A stretch of 64,000 nucleotides of DNA, from positions 32,001 to 96,000 of the IMG/VR virus record IMGVR_UViG_3300044724_004793. One strand, 5' to 3'. Shown here one piece after another: positions 48,085 to 57,271 of the stretch. Source of the stretch: a virus. The stretch's first letter is position 1. Every line of letters begins with the position of its first letter. The translations under genes and the position numbers were made by a program. The notes under the pieces were generated by a model. It was not told the DNA's origin and searched no databases. It worked only from the letters and a program-made list of their open reading frames with translations.

Positions 48085-49062
48085 TAGTTGTTTTCTAAAC
48101 AAGTGTACCTGTTTATTACCAAACTCTTCTAGGAAAAAATTCCTGTTATAGTCTATAATATCTCTGTGTAGCATGTATAACTCATGCATATCGCTACTAC
48201 TTAATTTAACATCAAACCATGCTAAATTATCAAAGATCATATCATCAATACGAGTTGGTTCCTTTACTTCATCGTAAAATTCATTAAACAAACTATCCCA
48301 GGTTTTAAAACCTAGATTCTGCATCTGTTGTATTGCTCCCTGGTGGGCACATAGCATAAACGGATGACCTGCTACAATAGCATTAAATGTTTTCTCTGTA
48401 ATAATACCATACTGTTCTGCAAATTGGGTTTCAGCCACCACGCTAAAAAAGCTGGTGTTAAATGCTCCTTTGAGACTGAGTAAATTTGCTAGATTATCAT
48501 ATTGCTTATCGTAGGTTGCAAAATCCAATCCTGGCAGGTCTAACTCATATCCGGCACTCTGCAAACTGCAATTGCCTGTTTTAAAACTAGACAATCTATC
48601 GTATAGTATCTGCCTGTGTGGCTTCTTAATTCGATTCATGCACACAAAGTTATGTTTAAAATCCTTGTTATCAATGCCGAATGCATCACGTAGTACATCT
48701 TGTTCTTTATTATACCCGGCCCAGGTTTGGTATTGGTGTGTACTGAATTCCACCACATGGAAACTTTCATCTGGCCAATTATCTGCAATGCCCTGTGGCC
48801 ACACAACCACTATAATACGATCCAATGGTGCCCAATTTTGATAATAATTGTGTATTTGTTTAAGTTCATTAGGCATTTTGCCCCAGCCGCCTATAAGCAT
48901 GTCCTGTAGGTTAAGTATTAACCAAAAGTCAGGTTCATTAAAGCGACACTCGTCCTCGCCAGGCATCTCTACTTCCCAACCAGATGGTGTAATTGGAAAT
49001 TTAAGAGCAGCATCTAAAATTATGCTGTTGGGGAAGAATTGCTGAATAGTTTCTGTGAACAT
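48067..49062 (-). CDS. putative GT-B (GT10-like) glycosyltransferase
   Basis: FVCMNR.KKPHR, FFSVVAET...IITEKTFNAIVAGHPF, LGFKT. Paralogue of 59890..60951. Confidence 0.5.
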   Translation of the reverse strand: MFTETIQQFFPNSIILDAALKFPITPSGWEVEMPGEDECRFNEPDFWLILNLQDMLIGGWGKMPNELKQIHNYYQNWAPLDRIIVVVWPQGIADNWPDESFHVVEFSTHQYQTWAGYNKEQDVLRDAFGIDNKDFKHNFVCMNRIKKPHRQILYDRLSSFKTGNCSLQSAGYELDLPGLDFATYDKQYDNLANLLSLKGAFNTSFFSVVAETQFAEQYGIITEKTFNAIVAGHPFMLCAHQGAIQQMQNLGFKTWDSLFNEFYDEVKEPTRIDDMIFDNLAWFDVKLSSSDMHELYMLHRDIIDYNRNFFLEEFGNKQVHLFRKQLLNIWN

Positions 49063-49064
49063 GA

Positions 49065-49096
49065 AAGCCCTGCTAATACAATACTTAGCAGGGCTT
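49065..49096 (-). promoter_or_regulatory. RBS-sequestering hairpin / terminator overlapping a late promoter
   Basis: Perfect 12-bp inverted repeat AAGCCCTGCTAA/TTAGCAGGGCTT ending 2 nt before the ATG, with CTAAGTA at the arm/loop junction. Confidence 0.65.
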
Positions 49097-49099
49097 ATT

Positions 49100-49225
49100 T
49101 TAGTTGGAATATTTCCGCATAAGAGCACGTAGTACTATGGTCCAGTATTGCATACCCCACTCGCTATCTGACTGTTTACATCGCTCGTATGCAGTTAGCG
49201 CATTGTCAATTAGCTTATCTTGCAT
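49100..49225 (-). CDS. small hypothetical protein (41 aa)
   Basis: MQDKLIDNALTAYERCKQSDSEWGMQYWTIVLRALMRKYSN; TAATG overlap. Confidence 0.6.
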   Translation of the reverse strand: MQDKLIDNALTAYERCKQSDSEWGMQYWTIVLRALMRKYSN

Positions 49226-49593
49226 TATCGACACTTGGTCAGAGGCTCATATGGGCTACTTGGGTTGCTCATATCTTTACTGATCCATTTGTTTGGCTCA
49301 ACAGCAAGACTGCCGCATCTTGCACTACCTTCCAAACCAGTGAAAGGCGTCCAATCAGCAGTGTCATCTTTTTGCATCTTATCCTGAAGTTCTTTAATCA
49401 TGTTTTTAAAATCTTTGAAAAAACTTCCAAAGTTTTCACTAGCATTTGACGAGTAGCTACACACGACACTGATATCTTTGCTATTCTGTTGTAAAACAAC
49501 ATCGCGGGCACTAGTACACTCTGTCATAGTGCCAAAAGTTGCCTGGCTAAGGATAGTGCCAGCCATATAGGTAGTCATTAGTACCGAGTTCAT
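49225..49593 (-). CDS. hypothetical protein
   Basis: AGGAG SD, 122 aa. Confidence 0.65.
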   Translation of the reverse strand: MNSVLMTTYMAGTILSQATFGTMTECTSARDVVLQQNSKDISVVCSYSSNASENFGSFFKDFKNMIKELQDKMQKDDTADWTPFTGLEGSARCGSLAVEPNKWISKDMSNPSSPYEPLTKCR

Positions 49594-49602
49594 TACGTTC
49601 TC

Positions 49603-49752
49603 CTAGCTTATAAAATAATAGGCTAGACTAGCAATGGCAACTACATGCCAGAACTTCCAGCCTATCCTTAAAAGGGCACCCACTGTCATAAAAAAAGCGC
49701 CCACAACTACACCAACAAGTATAGCATTGAGTAGTATGTCTAAATTTTCCAT
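49603..49752 (-). CDS. small membrane protein
   Basis: MENLDILLNAILVGVVVGAFFMTVGALLRIGWKFWHVVAIASLAYYFIS, two TM segments. Confidence 0.65.
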   Translation of the reverse strand: MENLDILLNAILVGVVVGAFFMTVGALLRIGWKFWHVVAIASLAYYFIS

Positions 49753-49760
49753 AAAAATAC

Positions 49761-49940
49761 TTATACTCCTGTTACTTTGTAGCACCTGTTTGTTTCTCGC
49801 TTCCACACCTTATGTGCTTCAATAGTGCTATTCTTCATAGCAAGTGGACTACGTTCGATAAACGTTATCAGTTCGTCGAACGTTATTCCAAGAAATTCAC
49901 AGTCCTTCTTAAGGATTGTTGTTGCTCCTTTAAGTCGCAT
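49761..49940 (-). CDS. small hypothetical protein (59 aa, not in ORF track)
   Basis: MRLKGATTILKKDCEFLGITFDELITFIERSPLAMKNSTIEAHKVWKRETNRCYKVTGV; coupled to the upstream stop. Confidence 0.65.
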   Translation of the reverse strand: MRLKGATTILKKDCEFLGITFDELITFIERSPLAMKNSTIEAHKVWKRETNRCYKVTGV

Positions 49941-50284
49941 TAGAATACCTCCTGAAAACCAAAACTAGCAACTACATGCTTATCACCGTTCTCAGCAATA
50001 ACTAAGTCACCAACGCTAACACTGCTCATCTGCGCCAAACGCTCGATGTTCTCCTCAGGACCCATGTTACCTGTATGGAACACACCCTCGAGGCTATCAG
50101 CAGTAATGTTAGCAACATGATCATAAAAGCCCTGACCATACATGCGGCTAGCAATTCCACCAGCATCTTCGCTAAAGGACATCTTCAACTTCATTGCATG
50201 ACGCTCTACAGCATCGTGCCCTTCGGCGTTGATCCGATCTACTTCAGCGTCTGTAAGTTGCACTTGGTGAATTTGATATTTCAT
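49940..50284 (-). CDS. YodL-like domain protein
   Basis: Y.I.Q...YDHVA....LE.VF..GN...MSSVSVGDLV....G..HVVASFGF.E matches the YodL pattern. Confidence 0.65.
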   Translation of the reverse strand: MKYQIHQVQLTDAEVDRINAEGHDAVERHAMKLKMSFSEDAGGIASRMYGQGFYDHVANITADSLEGVFHTGNMGPEENIERLAQMSSVSVGDLVIAENGDKHVVASFGFQEVF

Positions 50285-50287
50285 AGC

Positions 50288-50425
50288 CTATACCTCCCAG
50301 TACATCTTAGTGATAGGGCACCATTTAACTTCGATATCCGTACCCTTAACAGTCATCTTATCAGACGTTAGGGATAGTGACATGATCGTGTCCCAAGCAA
50401 AGGTCTTCTTCTCTTTAGTCGTCAT
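50288..50425 (-). CDS. small early protein (45 aa)
   Basis: MTTKEKKTFAWDTIMSLSLTSDKMTVKGTDIEVKWCPITKMYWEV; GGAG SD, directly after an early promoter. Confidence 0.6.
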   Translation of the reverse strand: MTTKEKKTFAWDTIMSLSLTSDKMTVKGTDIEVKWCPITKMYWEV

Positions 50426-50456
50426 ATCAATCTCTCCGTGTTTTCTAACTATAACC

Positions 50457-50486
50457 ATAATAGCACAGATACAAGGTTTGTCTACC
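50457..50486 (-). promoter_or_regulatory. early promoter (divergent pair, leftward)
   Basis: GGTAGAC-N17-TATTAT with ATCTGTGC. Confidence 0.75.
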
Positions 50487-50526
50487 AGAAATAAAATGTA
50501 AAAAAGTGCATTTTTTTGGTAGAATT

Positions 50527-50556
50527 GGTAGACTACCCTGGTATCTGTGCTAATAT
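50527..50556 (+). promoter_or_regulatory. early promoter (divergent pair, rightward)
   Basis: GGTAGAC-N17-TAATAT with ATCTGTGC. Confidence 0.75.
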
Positions 50557-50586
50557 GAAGTATAAGTTGAAATTGAGGAGAAAACG

Positions 50587-50871
50587 ATGATTAGTGTAAT
50601 GGAAAACGTTAAAGCAGACATCAGCAAAATGTCCAACGAGCAGTTGAATGAGGTTGCCGCAAGCATTAACATGCGCCGCCAGCGTTTAACCAAGCAGGCT
50701 ATCCGTAGCGTTATTCCTGGTGATATTGTCAGCTTTGAGACCCGTAACGGCCAGGTAACTGGTAAAGTGCGCAAGGTCAACCGCAAGACTGTCACAGTTG
50801 GTGAATCAAACAGCATCCGCAGCTGGAGGGTACCAGCTAATATGCTCACTAAATTGGGCATTGGGGGTTAA
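50587..50871 (+). CDS. small basic SH3/KOW-like early protein
   Basis: PGDIVSF..RNG..TGKV.KVNRKTVTV...WRVP..ML. Confidence 0.65.
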   Translation: MISVMENVKADISKMSNEQLNEVAASINMRRQRLTKQAIRSVIPGDIVSFETRNGQVTGKVRKVNRKTVTVGESNSIRSWRVPANMLTKLGIGG

Positions 50872-50885
50872 TATCCGGCAGAACC

Positions 50886-50915
50886 GGTAGACACCCTGCC
50901 CAGACGTGTTATTAT
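50886..50915 (+). promoter_or_regulatory. early promoter
   Basis: GGTAGAC-N17-TATTAT with TG extension. Confidence 0.7.
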
Positions 50916-50950
50916 AAGTTATTGTTAGAAACAAAGATAAGGGCCAGAAC

Positions 50951-51364
50951 ATGTATACATTTAGCGAAGAACTGCTTTCAGATCTGCATAAAGATGCCCG
51001 AGGCTTCCGCCCCAGGTCAGATGCGTTCTGGACCGACTGGGCTGATGCTGACGACCAGGGCAAACAAGCCATATGGGACGGTCTCATCCAGGAGATGGAG
51101 ATTGCGGATCAGGAGGAACGGGAGAGTGAACAGCAGAGCATTGCTGAATTTGAGGAGGTGGTCCAAGAATACATCAGTTTGGGTGCACAGGATCGTTCAA
51201 CTGCCCTCCGCTGGTTAATCCGGGATGACATGTTCGAGCCTCGTTTTTATCATAAACAGGACATTGAGCACTGGGTTTACGATCAGGGTTTCCTGTTCAC
51301 GGATGCGGGCCGGGCTCTAGTAGCAGAGCTGGAAGCAATCATCACTTATGAGCTGGCAGCATAA
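50951..51364 (+). CDS. hypothetical early protein
   Basis: SDLHKDARGFRPR...GAQDRSTALRW motif protein. Confidence 0.8.
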   Translation: MYTFSEELLSDLHKDARGFRPRSDAFWTDWADADDQGKQAIWDGLIQEMEIADQEERESEQQSIAEFEEVVQEYISLGAQDRSTALRWLIRDDMFEPRFYHKQDIEHWVYDQGFLFTDAGRALVAELEAIITYELAA

Positions 51365-51913
51365 ATGGTTGACAGAATTACGATGAACAAGGGTGTTGCT
51401 CTTGGATACGGTAATCTAGACGATCTAGAGCTCGTTGGCCGCGCCCATGGGTACGATATTTACGTTGATCGAGAAAACCGATACCAGAACACGGTGTGGG
51501 TATATGACCGCAATGTGATCAAACGGGTCCGTCGTTCAGCAACATTCGATGATGGTAAGATGGAAACTCGCTTTCGTATTGTTGCGAAGGTAGAACTGAG
51601 TAAAGATCGTGGCGCCTGGCACGTTGATCTCCTGAACGTCGATAGTCGGTACAAGGGTAATAACCTTGCCATCAAGATTTACAAGTTCCTCATGAAGAAG
51701 ATGGACATCACGCTCATGGCTGGTCACTCGCAGTCTGCTGGTGGACGGTATGTCTGGAACAAACTGTCCAAAACACCCGGCGTTGTGGTCTATGCCAAGA
51801 AGTCACCCTATTCCAAGTTCATTGACTTCCCCAAGTCTGGAAAGCGTGAGTTGGTCTCCAAGAAGTTCGACCTCTACGGTAGTGACGCAGAAATATTTGC
51901 GGTTGCTGCATAA
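51365..51913 (+). CDS. GNAT-like acetyltransferase
   Basis: VDLLNVDSRYKGNNLAIKIY (acetyl-CoA motif A-like), QSAGGRYVW..L. Confidence 0.6.
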   Translation: MVDRITMNKGVALGYGNLDDLELVGRAHGYDIYVDRENRYQNTVWVYDRNVIKRVRRSATFDDGKMETRFRIVAKVELSKDRGAWHVDLLNVDSRYKGNNLAIKIYKFLMKKMDITLMAGHSQSAGGRYVWNKLSKTPGVVVYAKKSPYSKFIDFPKSGKRELVSKKFDLYGSDAEIFAVAA

Positions 51914-51917
51914 TAGG

Positions 51918-51948
51918 GGTTGACAGATTCTTTTTTGTGTGGTAATAT
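51918..51948 (+). promoter_or_regulatory. early promoter
   Basis: GGTTGACA...TGTGG-TAATAT. Confidence 0.7.
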
Positions 51949-51984
51949 AGGATATAAGATGAGAAAACAACGAAAGGATATATT

Positions 51985-52197
51985 ATGACTATGACACAAC
52001 GTGAAAAGATTGAGAAGTACGAGACTATTCTCAAACATGCAATGTCTGAAAAGACTGGTGTGTTCTTTATCTGTGGAGAAGCAGGCGAGAAGGACAGCAT
52101 GGGTTTACCTGAGAAGATTATGGTTTGCCCAGCATATGGACTAGATGGGTTTGCTGTTTATAAGAAGGACAGAGACTACGATGCACCAGGGTATTGA
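51985..52197 (+). CDS. small hypothetical early protein
   Basis: AAGGA SD, own promoter. Confidence 0.75.
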   Translation: MTMTQREKIEKYETILKHAMSEKTGVFFICGEAGEKDSMGLPEKIMVCPAYGLDGFAVYKKDRDYDAPGY

Positions 52198-52257
52198 AGC
52201 AATAAGGAAAGAAACTATTCGCTGTTGCGGCCTAACATCGGGAATAATTTTAGAAAC

Positions 52258-52287
52258 GGTTGACTAATACTAGACATGTGCTAATAT
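52258..52287 (+). promoter_or_regulatory. early promoter
   Basis: GGTTGAC-N17-TAATAT with TGTGC. Confidence 0.8.
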
Positions 52288-52324
52288 GAATTATAAGTTA
52301 AACATTGTTGAGGAGCAAAAAAAT

Positions 52325-53374
52325 ATGGAATACGTTCTTATCAAGTCAGGCACATATCAGAAACTGCAAATTGCAGACAAGGTATTTCCTGTTGTTAAAC
52401 AGTTTAAGACAGGTGCTCGTGGATCATACATTACTGTAGACGGCGCCACACTAGGCACCGATTATGCCCGGCCTGTTCGCATCAAATGTGCTGCTGATGA
52501 CATTGTTGCTGTAGAGCAGGATGCATTTGATCGTCAGCTTGGCGCACATAATGTCAACCAGGATATCAAGGTAGCAGGTAAGAAGGAGTATACTGCTGAA
52601 GATGATGAGAAGCGCATGGCGGAGATTGAAGAGCGTTTTGAAATCCTAAACGAAATGACAGGTGCTCTTAAGAGCGGCGACATCCGTGCGTTAATTGTTA
52701 CAGGCCCCCCAGGCGTTGGCAAGAGTTACGGTGTTACTCAGACTCTTGAAGAGCAGAGCATCTTTGAGGACGTTAGTAGCAAGCGTCGCAAGTTTGAAGT
52801 TGTTAAGGGCGCAATGACTGCTCTGGGCTTGTATGCCAAGCTATATGAATTCAGCGACAAGGGCAGCGTCATTGTGTTTGATGACTGTGATAGTGTTTTG
52901 TTGGACGACTTGGCACTGAACATTCTCAAGGCTGCACTGGATTCAGGTAAGAAGCGTAAGATCTTCTGGAACGCAGATTCATCTAAGTTACGCAATGAGG
53001 GTATTCCTGATAGCTTTGAATTTAAAGGTACTGCTTGCTTCATTACAAACATTAAATTTGAGAATGTTCGTAGCAAGCGATTGCAGGATCACTTGGAAGC
53101 ACTTAGCAGTCGTTGTCACTATCTAGATCTTACGCTAGATACAATGCGTGACAAGTACCTGCGTATCAAACAGATTGCACGTACTGGTAAACTCTGGGGC
53201 GACGATTACGGGTTTAACAAAGAAGAAGAACAGGAAATTCTTGAATTTATGTATGACAACCGTACCAAGTTACGTGAGATGAGCTTGCGTATGGCACTAA
53301 AGATTGCGGATCTTAAAAAGATCTCAGAAAAGTGGCGTTCACTTGCAGAAAGTACTTGCATGCGGCGGGCGTAA
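52325..53374 (+). CDS. AAA-type P-loop ATPase
   Basis: GPPGVGKS Walker A, IVFDDCD Walker B, FITN sensor, ALSSR arginine finger. Confidence 0.85.
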   Translation: MEYVLIKSGTYQKLQIADKVFPVVKQFKTGARGSYITVDGATLGTDYARPVRIKCAADDIVAVEQDAFDRQLGAHNVNQDIKVAGKKEYTAEDDEKRMAEIEERFEILNEMTGALKSGDIRALIVTGPPGVGKSYGVTQTLEEQSIFEDVSSKRRKFEVVKGAMTALGLYAKLYEFSDKGSVIVFDDCDSVLLDDLALNILKAALDSGKKRKIFWNADSSKLRNEGIPDSFEFKGTACFITNIKFENVRSKRLQDHLEALSSRCHYLDLTLDTMRDKYLRIKQIARTGKLWGDDYGFNKEEEQEILEFMYDNRTKLREMSLRMALKIADLKKISEKWRSLAESTCMRRA

Positions 53375-53437
53375 GTAGTATAATTAAGTTATAGGTTTAG
53401 TGTCACACTCCTCTCCTCCTCCAGATACTAAATCTTA

Positions 53438-53478
53438 GGCAGGGTGTTTACATTAAGTAGACACCCTGCCACCCTTTT
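53438..53478 (+). terminator. 14-bp hairpin / terminator overlapping a promoter
   Basis: GGCAGGGTGTTTAC-ATTAA-GTAGACACCCTGCC. Confidence 0.65.
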
Positions 53479-53493
53479 GTGTATACTAATATT

Positions 53494-54114
53494 ATGAAAA
53501 TAGCGGTAGGCGATAGTTTTACATATGGAGAAGAGCTAGCTGACAGAACTCAGGCCTGGCCCAGTCTACTAGGCTACGATAACCATGGCATGCAGGGTGC
53601 TAGTAATGAATATATTTTCCGTAAGGCCGCAGAACTAGCGCCTGATGCTGACAACATGATTGTCGCCTGGAGTGATAGTGGAAGATATGAACTTTATACA
53701 CATAATAAAGTTAATGTCGCACAAGGATATTTTAAACACCAAGGCATAATACAAGTTAATCCATCATGGATCAAACTTAACAGTTGGTTTAAAGACTTAT
53801 ATGCCAAATATACAGACGAACATCATCAGTTTTTAAAAACTGTACTGTACATGGTTGCTCTTCAAGATGTGTTAGCAGCCAATCAGGTAGATTACTATTA
53901 TTGTAGTGCGTTTGGAAACCAAGAAATGCTTGTTAAATATGCAGACGATCCAGTTTTAAACCCCTGGATAGGTAGATTAAATACTGATAGATTCATAGGC
54001 TTTCCTAAATATGGATTAGTAGAATGGGCATACGGAACACCGCAAGGGCCTAATGGACACCCATTGGAACTAGGACACAGAAAGATAGCAGATGAACTTT
54101 TTAAATATATCTGA
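53494..54114 (+). CDS. SGNH-like protein
   Basis: GDSFTYG, AWP, GASN, AWS...RYE, GHPLELGH..IA. Confidence 0.75.
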   Translation: MKIAVGDSFTYGEELADRTQAWPSLLGYDNHGMQGASNEYIFRKAAELAPDADNMIVAWSDSGRYELYTHNKVNVAQGYFKHQGIIQVNPSWIKLNSWFKDLYAKYTDEHHQFLKTVLYMVALQDVLAANQVDYYYCSAFGNQEMLVKYADDPVLNPWIGRLNTDRFIGFPKYGLVEWAYGTPQGPNGHPLELGHRKIADELFKYI

Positions 54115-55138
54115 TATTCGCAGTGCAAACGTAGAAATTTCTACCAATTGCAATGCGGCATGTCCACTATGCCCCCGCAACTACAATGGCTATGGTGTCA
54201 GGGATAACTTTCCCTTGCGAGATATGAGCTTGCCAGAGTTCTGCACTCTATTAGATCCTGTATTAAACCATCCAGAGTTTACACTAAGCCTATGTGGCAC
54301 GTATGGTGATCCATGTGCTAACAAACATGTCATGGATATATTAGACTATGTGGACACGAATTATCCACATGTAGAGATTATACTCAGCAGCAATGCTAGT
54401 ATGAAAACTACAACCTGGTGGGCCAGACTTGCCCGGTTTAAAAATCTTAAGATTGAATTTGCACTAGACGGGCTAGCAGATACCCATAGTACGTACAGGC
54501 AGAATACTGACTGGTATAAAGTTATTGCTAATGCTCGGGCATATATCAGCGCAGGTGGATATGCTATATGGCAATTCATCGAGTTTGAACATAACAAGCA
54601 TCAGTTCGACGAGTGTAAACAGCTATCTAAACATCTTGGATTTGCAGAGTTTAAACATTTTGATGATAATCGTAGTACGGGTATTGCATTCAAACCAGAT
54701 GGAACTCCTTTTATTCTGGGCAATGCCCCAGAACAATCTATGACAGCAACCCAGTTTGTTGAACAGGAAAAGTATCTACAAAAGCAATACGAAAACGATA
54801 GTCAAACTGAGTATGAACGTGATCTAGACGTTGACACAATAGAGTGTTATAGCCAAGCTGGAAATATATATGTTGCTGTTAATGGGGATATATGGCCTTG
54901 CTGTTGGTTAGGCGGTACATTTCCTATGACTAGTGATAGTGATAATGGCTGGCAGGTTAAAAAACTTCCACTAGTATTAAATGGTTTGGAGTATAGTTTA
55001 CAGGAAATTATAGACAGTTGGTCTCACATAGAAAATACATGGACATCAGATCAGCCCTTGAGTACATGCACAAAAACTTGTGGTAAATGTCAAGATTACG
55101 ATGGTATGCAACCTGTTGGAGTAAACACAATATTATGA
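54092..55138 (+). CDS. radical SAM / SPASM protein
   Basis: CNAACPLCPR, CGTYGDP, FALDG, C-terminal GDIWPCCW...C..TCG. Confidence 0.88.
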   Translation: MNFLNISDIRSANVEISTNCNAACPLCPRNYNGYGVRDNFPLRDMSLPEFCTLLDPVLNHPEFTLSLCGTYGDPCANKHVMDILDYVDTNYPHVEIILSSNASMKTTTWWARLARFKNLKIEFALDGLADTHSTYRQNTDWYKVIANARAYISAGGYAIWQFIEFEHNKHQFDECKQLSKHLGFAEFKHFDDNRSTGIAFKPDGTPFILGNAPEQSMTATQFVEQEKYLQKQYENDSQTEYERDLDVDTIECYSQAGNIYVAVNGDIWPCCWLGGTFPMTSDSDNGWQVKKLPLVLNGLEYSLQEIIDSWSHIENTWTSDQPLSTCTKTCGKCQDYDGMQPVGVNTIL

Positions 55139-55839
55139 AACTTTTAACCAACGGCTGTAGTTTTACACAGGGCATATACGATAACTTTGAAGAGCAGGAT
55201 GCATGGCCATATCAGTTAGGCAAACTACTAGACTGGGATGTGGTAAATCTAGCTGAAGGAGGCGGAAGCAATGCTAGAATATTCCGTACTACCATGGAAT
55301 ACCTTTTAGATAATACACCAGATTACGTTGCAATAGCATGGACGCAAACTGATAGATATGAGCTTCCTTATCACACAGGAGATATTATTAGGATAATGCA
55401 TGGTATGGCAATGCCTGAGTATGATGAATCTGTTACTGATATTCCTGAACTACGTGAATTTTGGTACCGCCACTGTGATAATAACCTTGCAGGTTTAGCT
55501 AGAACAGTGTATTATATAAGAAGTTTAGTGATGTTATTAGAAGCTAGGATGATTCCGTATACGATGTGCTGGGGGTTGCAATGTGATTATATTACTCAGT
55601 TGCAAACACCCAGTCATCCAATGTGCAAGGACTTTCCTGAAGCCAGAGCCCAACAACTAGCAGGCGAGATTGAGAAGTTGCAAACCGCCAATTGGGTAAT
55701 GTGGGGCTCAAGCATGGAGCAGTATTTGGATGATATGCCAAAAGCTGATATATGGGGTCATCCTAGTAGAGCAGGGCATACTAAATGGGCAAACTTAATG
55801 TTGGAGAGCGTAAATGAAACCTTGCATAATACACGTTAA
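55135..55839 (+). CDS. SGNH-like protein
   Basis: NGCSFTQG, AWP, NLAEGGGSN.RIFR, AWT...RYE, GHP...GH..WA. Confidence 0.75.
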   Translation: MKLLTNGCSFTQGIYDNFEEQDAWPYQLGKLLDWDVVNLAEGGGSNARIFRTTMEYLLDNTPDYVAIAWTQTDRYELPYHTGDIIRIMHGMAMPEYDESVTDIPELREFWYRHCDNNLAGLARTVYYIRSLVMLLEARMIPYTMCWGLQCDYITQLQTPSHPMCKDFPEARAQQLAGEIEKLQTANWVMWGSSMEQYLDDMPKADIWGHPSRAGHTKWANLMLESVNETLHNTR

Positions 55840-57271
55840 AGATGAAGTTAACTGTAAGTTAGAAGGCTTGGACTTAGATACTCGCAAGAAACTGAGTAAC
55901 AGGTTTAAGTTTGACATTCCAGGCGCACGTTATATGCCAGCAGTACGCCTGGGTCGGTGGGATGGCAAGGTGGCCTTCTTTCAATTGGGAGGTAGTACCT
56001 ATATCAACTTGCTACCAGAGATACTTCCCATACTAGCAAGTGACGGGTATGACATCACGCTTAATGATACCCGTGACTATGAAGTTGACTACACATTAGA
56101 GCCAGTAACAGAAGAGAGTTATGCCGAATACGTATGGCCTGATAAACATCCAGCTGCAGGGCAACCTATTATGTTGCGGGACTATCAGGTTGAAGTAATT
56201 AATGGGTTTCTCAGTAACCCTCAGAGCTTGCAGGAAGTAGCAACTGGAGCAGGCAAAACTCTTATAACAGCCGTGTTGAGTCATAGATGCGAGCAACACG
56301 GACGCACGGTTATTATAGTGCCCAACAAAAGCCTGGTAACACAGACTGAAGCAGACTACGTTAACATGGGTCTTGATGTAGGTGTATATTATGGTGACCG
56401 TAAAGAATTTGGCAAAACACATACAATTTGTACTTGGCAGAGTTTAAATATACTATTAAAGAATACTAAGAATCAAATAGCACCTATCAGCATACAAGAG
56501 TTCTTAGAGGATGTTGTATGCATAATGGTGGATGAAGTGCACATGGCTAAAGCAGATGCCCTTAAAACACTGCTAACAGGCGTAATGAGTCAGATACCTA
56601 TACGTTGGGGACTAACAGGAACAATACCCAAAGAGAAGTTTGAAAGCGTAAGCCTACTGTGTAGTTTGGGGCCTGTAACACATAGTATTACGGCTAGTGA
56701 ACTCCAGGACAAAGGAGTTCTTGCAAATTGTGAAGTTAATGTGTTACAATTATTAGACACTAAAGAATATACAAACTATCAGAGCGAGCTTAAATACTTA
56801 CTAGAGCAGACTGATAGATTAGACTATATTGCAAAGACAATAGAACAAATTAAACTCACAGGCAACACATTAGTATTGGTTGATAGAATTAATGCAGGAA
56901 AAGAACTTGAAAGAAGGATTTCGTCTTCCGTATTTGTTAGCGGTGGAACGAAGGCACAGGAGCGCAAGGACCATTATGATGAGGTGGCTGATGCAACTGA
57001 TAAGGTTATTATTGCGACTTATGGTGTTGCTAGTGTGGGTATTAATATACCCCGTGTATTTAATCTGGTTCTTATTGAGCCGGGCAAGAGCTTCGTCAGA
57101 GTTATCCAAAGCATCGGAAGAGGTATTAGAAAAGCCGACGACAAAGACTTTGTCCAGATATGGGATGTTACGTCGACCTGCAGATTTGCCAAGAGGCACC
57201 TTACGCAACGTAAAAAATTCTACAAAGAAGCGAAATACCCGTACAACGTTCAGAAAATAGATTGGAATTAA
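55814..57271 (+). CDS. uvsW: superfamily II DNA helicase UvsW
   Basis: WDGK, LRDYQ, ATGAGKT, VDEVH, GLTGT, QSIGRGIR. Confidence 0.92.
   Translation: MKPCIIHVKDEVNCKLEGLDLDTRKKLSNRFKFDIPGARYMPAVRLGRWDGKVAFFQLGGSTYINLLPEILPILASDGYDITLNDTRDYEVDYTLEPVTEESYAEYVWPDKHPAAGQPIMLRDYQVEVINGFLSNPQSLQEVATGAGKTLITAVLSHRCEQHGRTVIIVPNKSLVTQTEADYVNMGLDVGVYYGDRKEFGKTHTICTWQSLNILLKNTKNQIAPISIQEFLEDVVCIMVDEVHMAKADALKTLLTGVMSQIPIRWGLTGTIPKEKFESVSLLCSLGPVTHSITASELQDKGVLANCEVNVLQLLDTKEYTNYQSELKYLLEQTDRLDYIAKTIEQIKLTGNTLVLVDRINAGKELERRISSSVFVSGGTKAQERKDHYDEVADATDKVIIATYGVASVGINIPRVFNLVLIEPGKSFVRVIQSIGRGIRKADDKDFVQIWDVTSTCRFAKRHLTQRKKFYKEAKYPYNVQKIDWN

Noticed and set aside
49761-49940. Possible frameshifted pseudogene
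   Set aside because: Careful reverse-complement reading gives an intact 59-aa ORF
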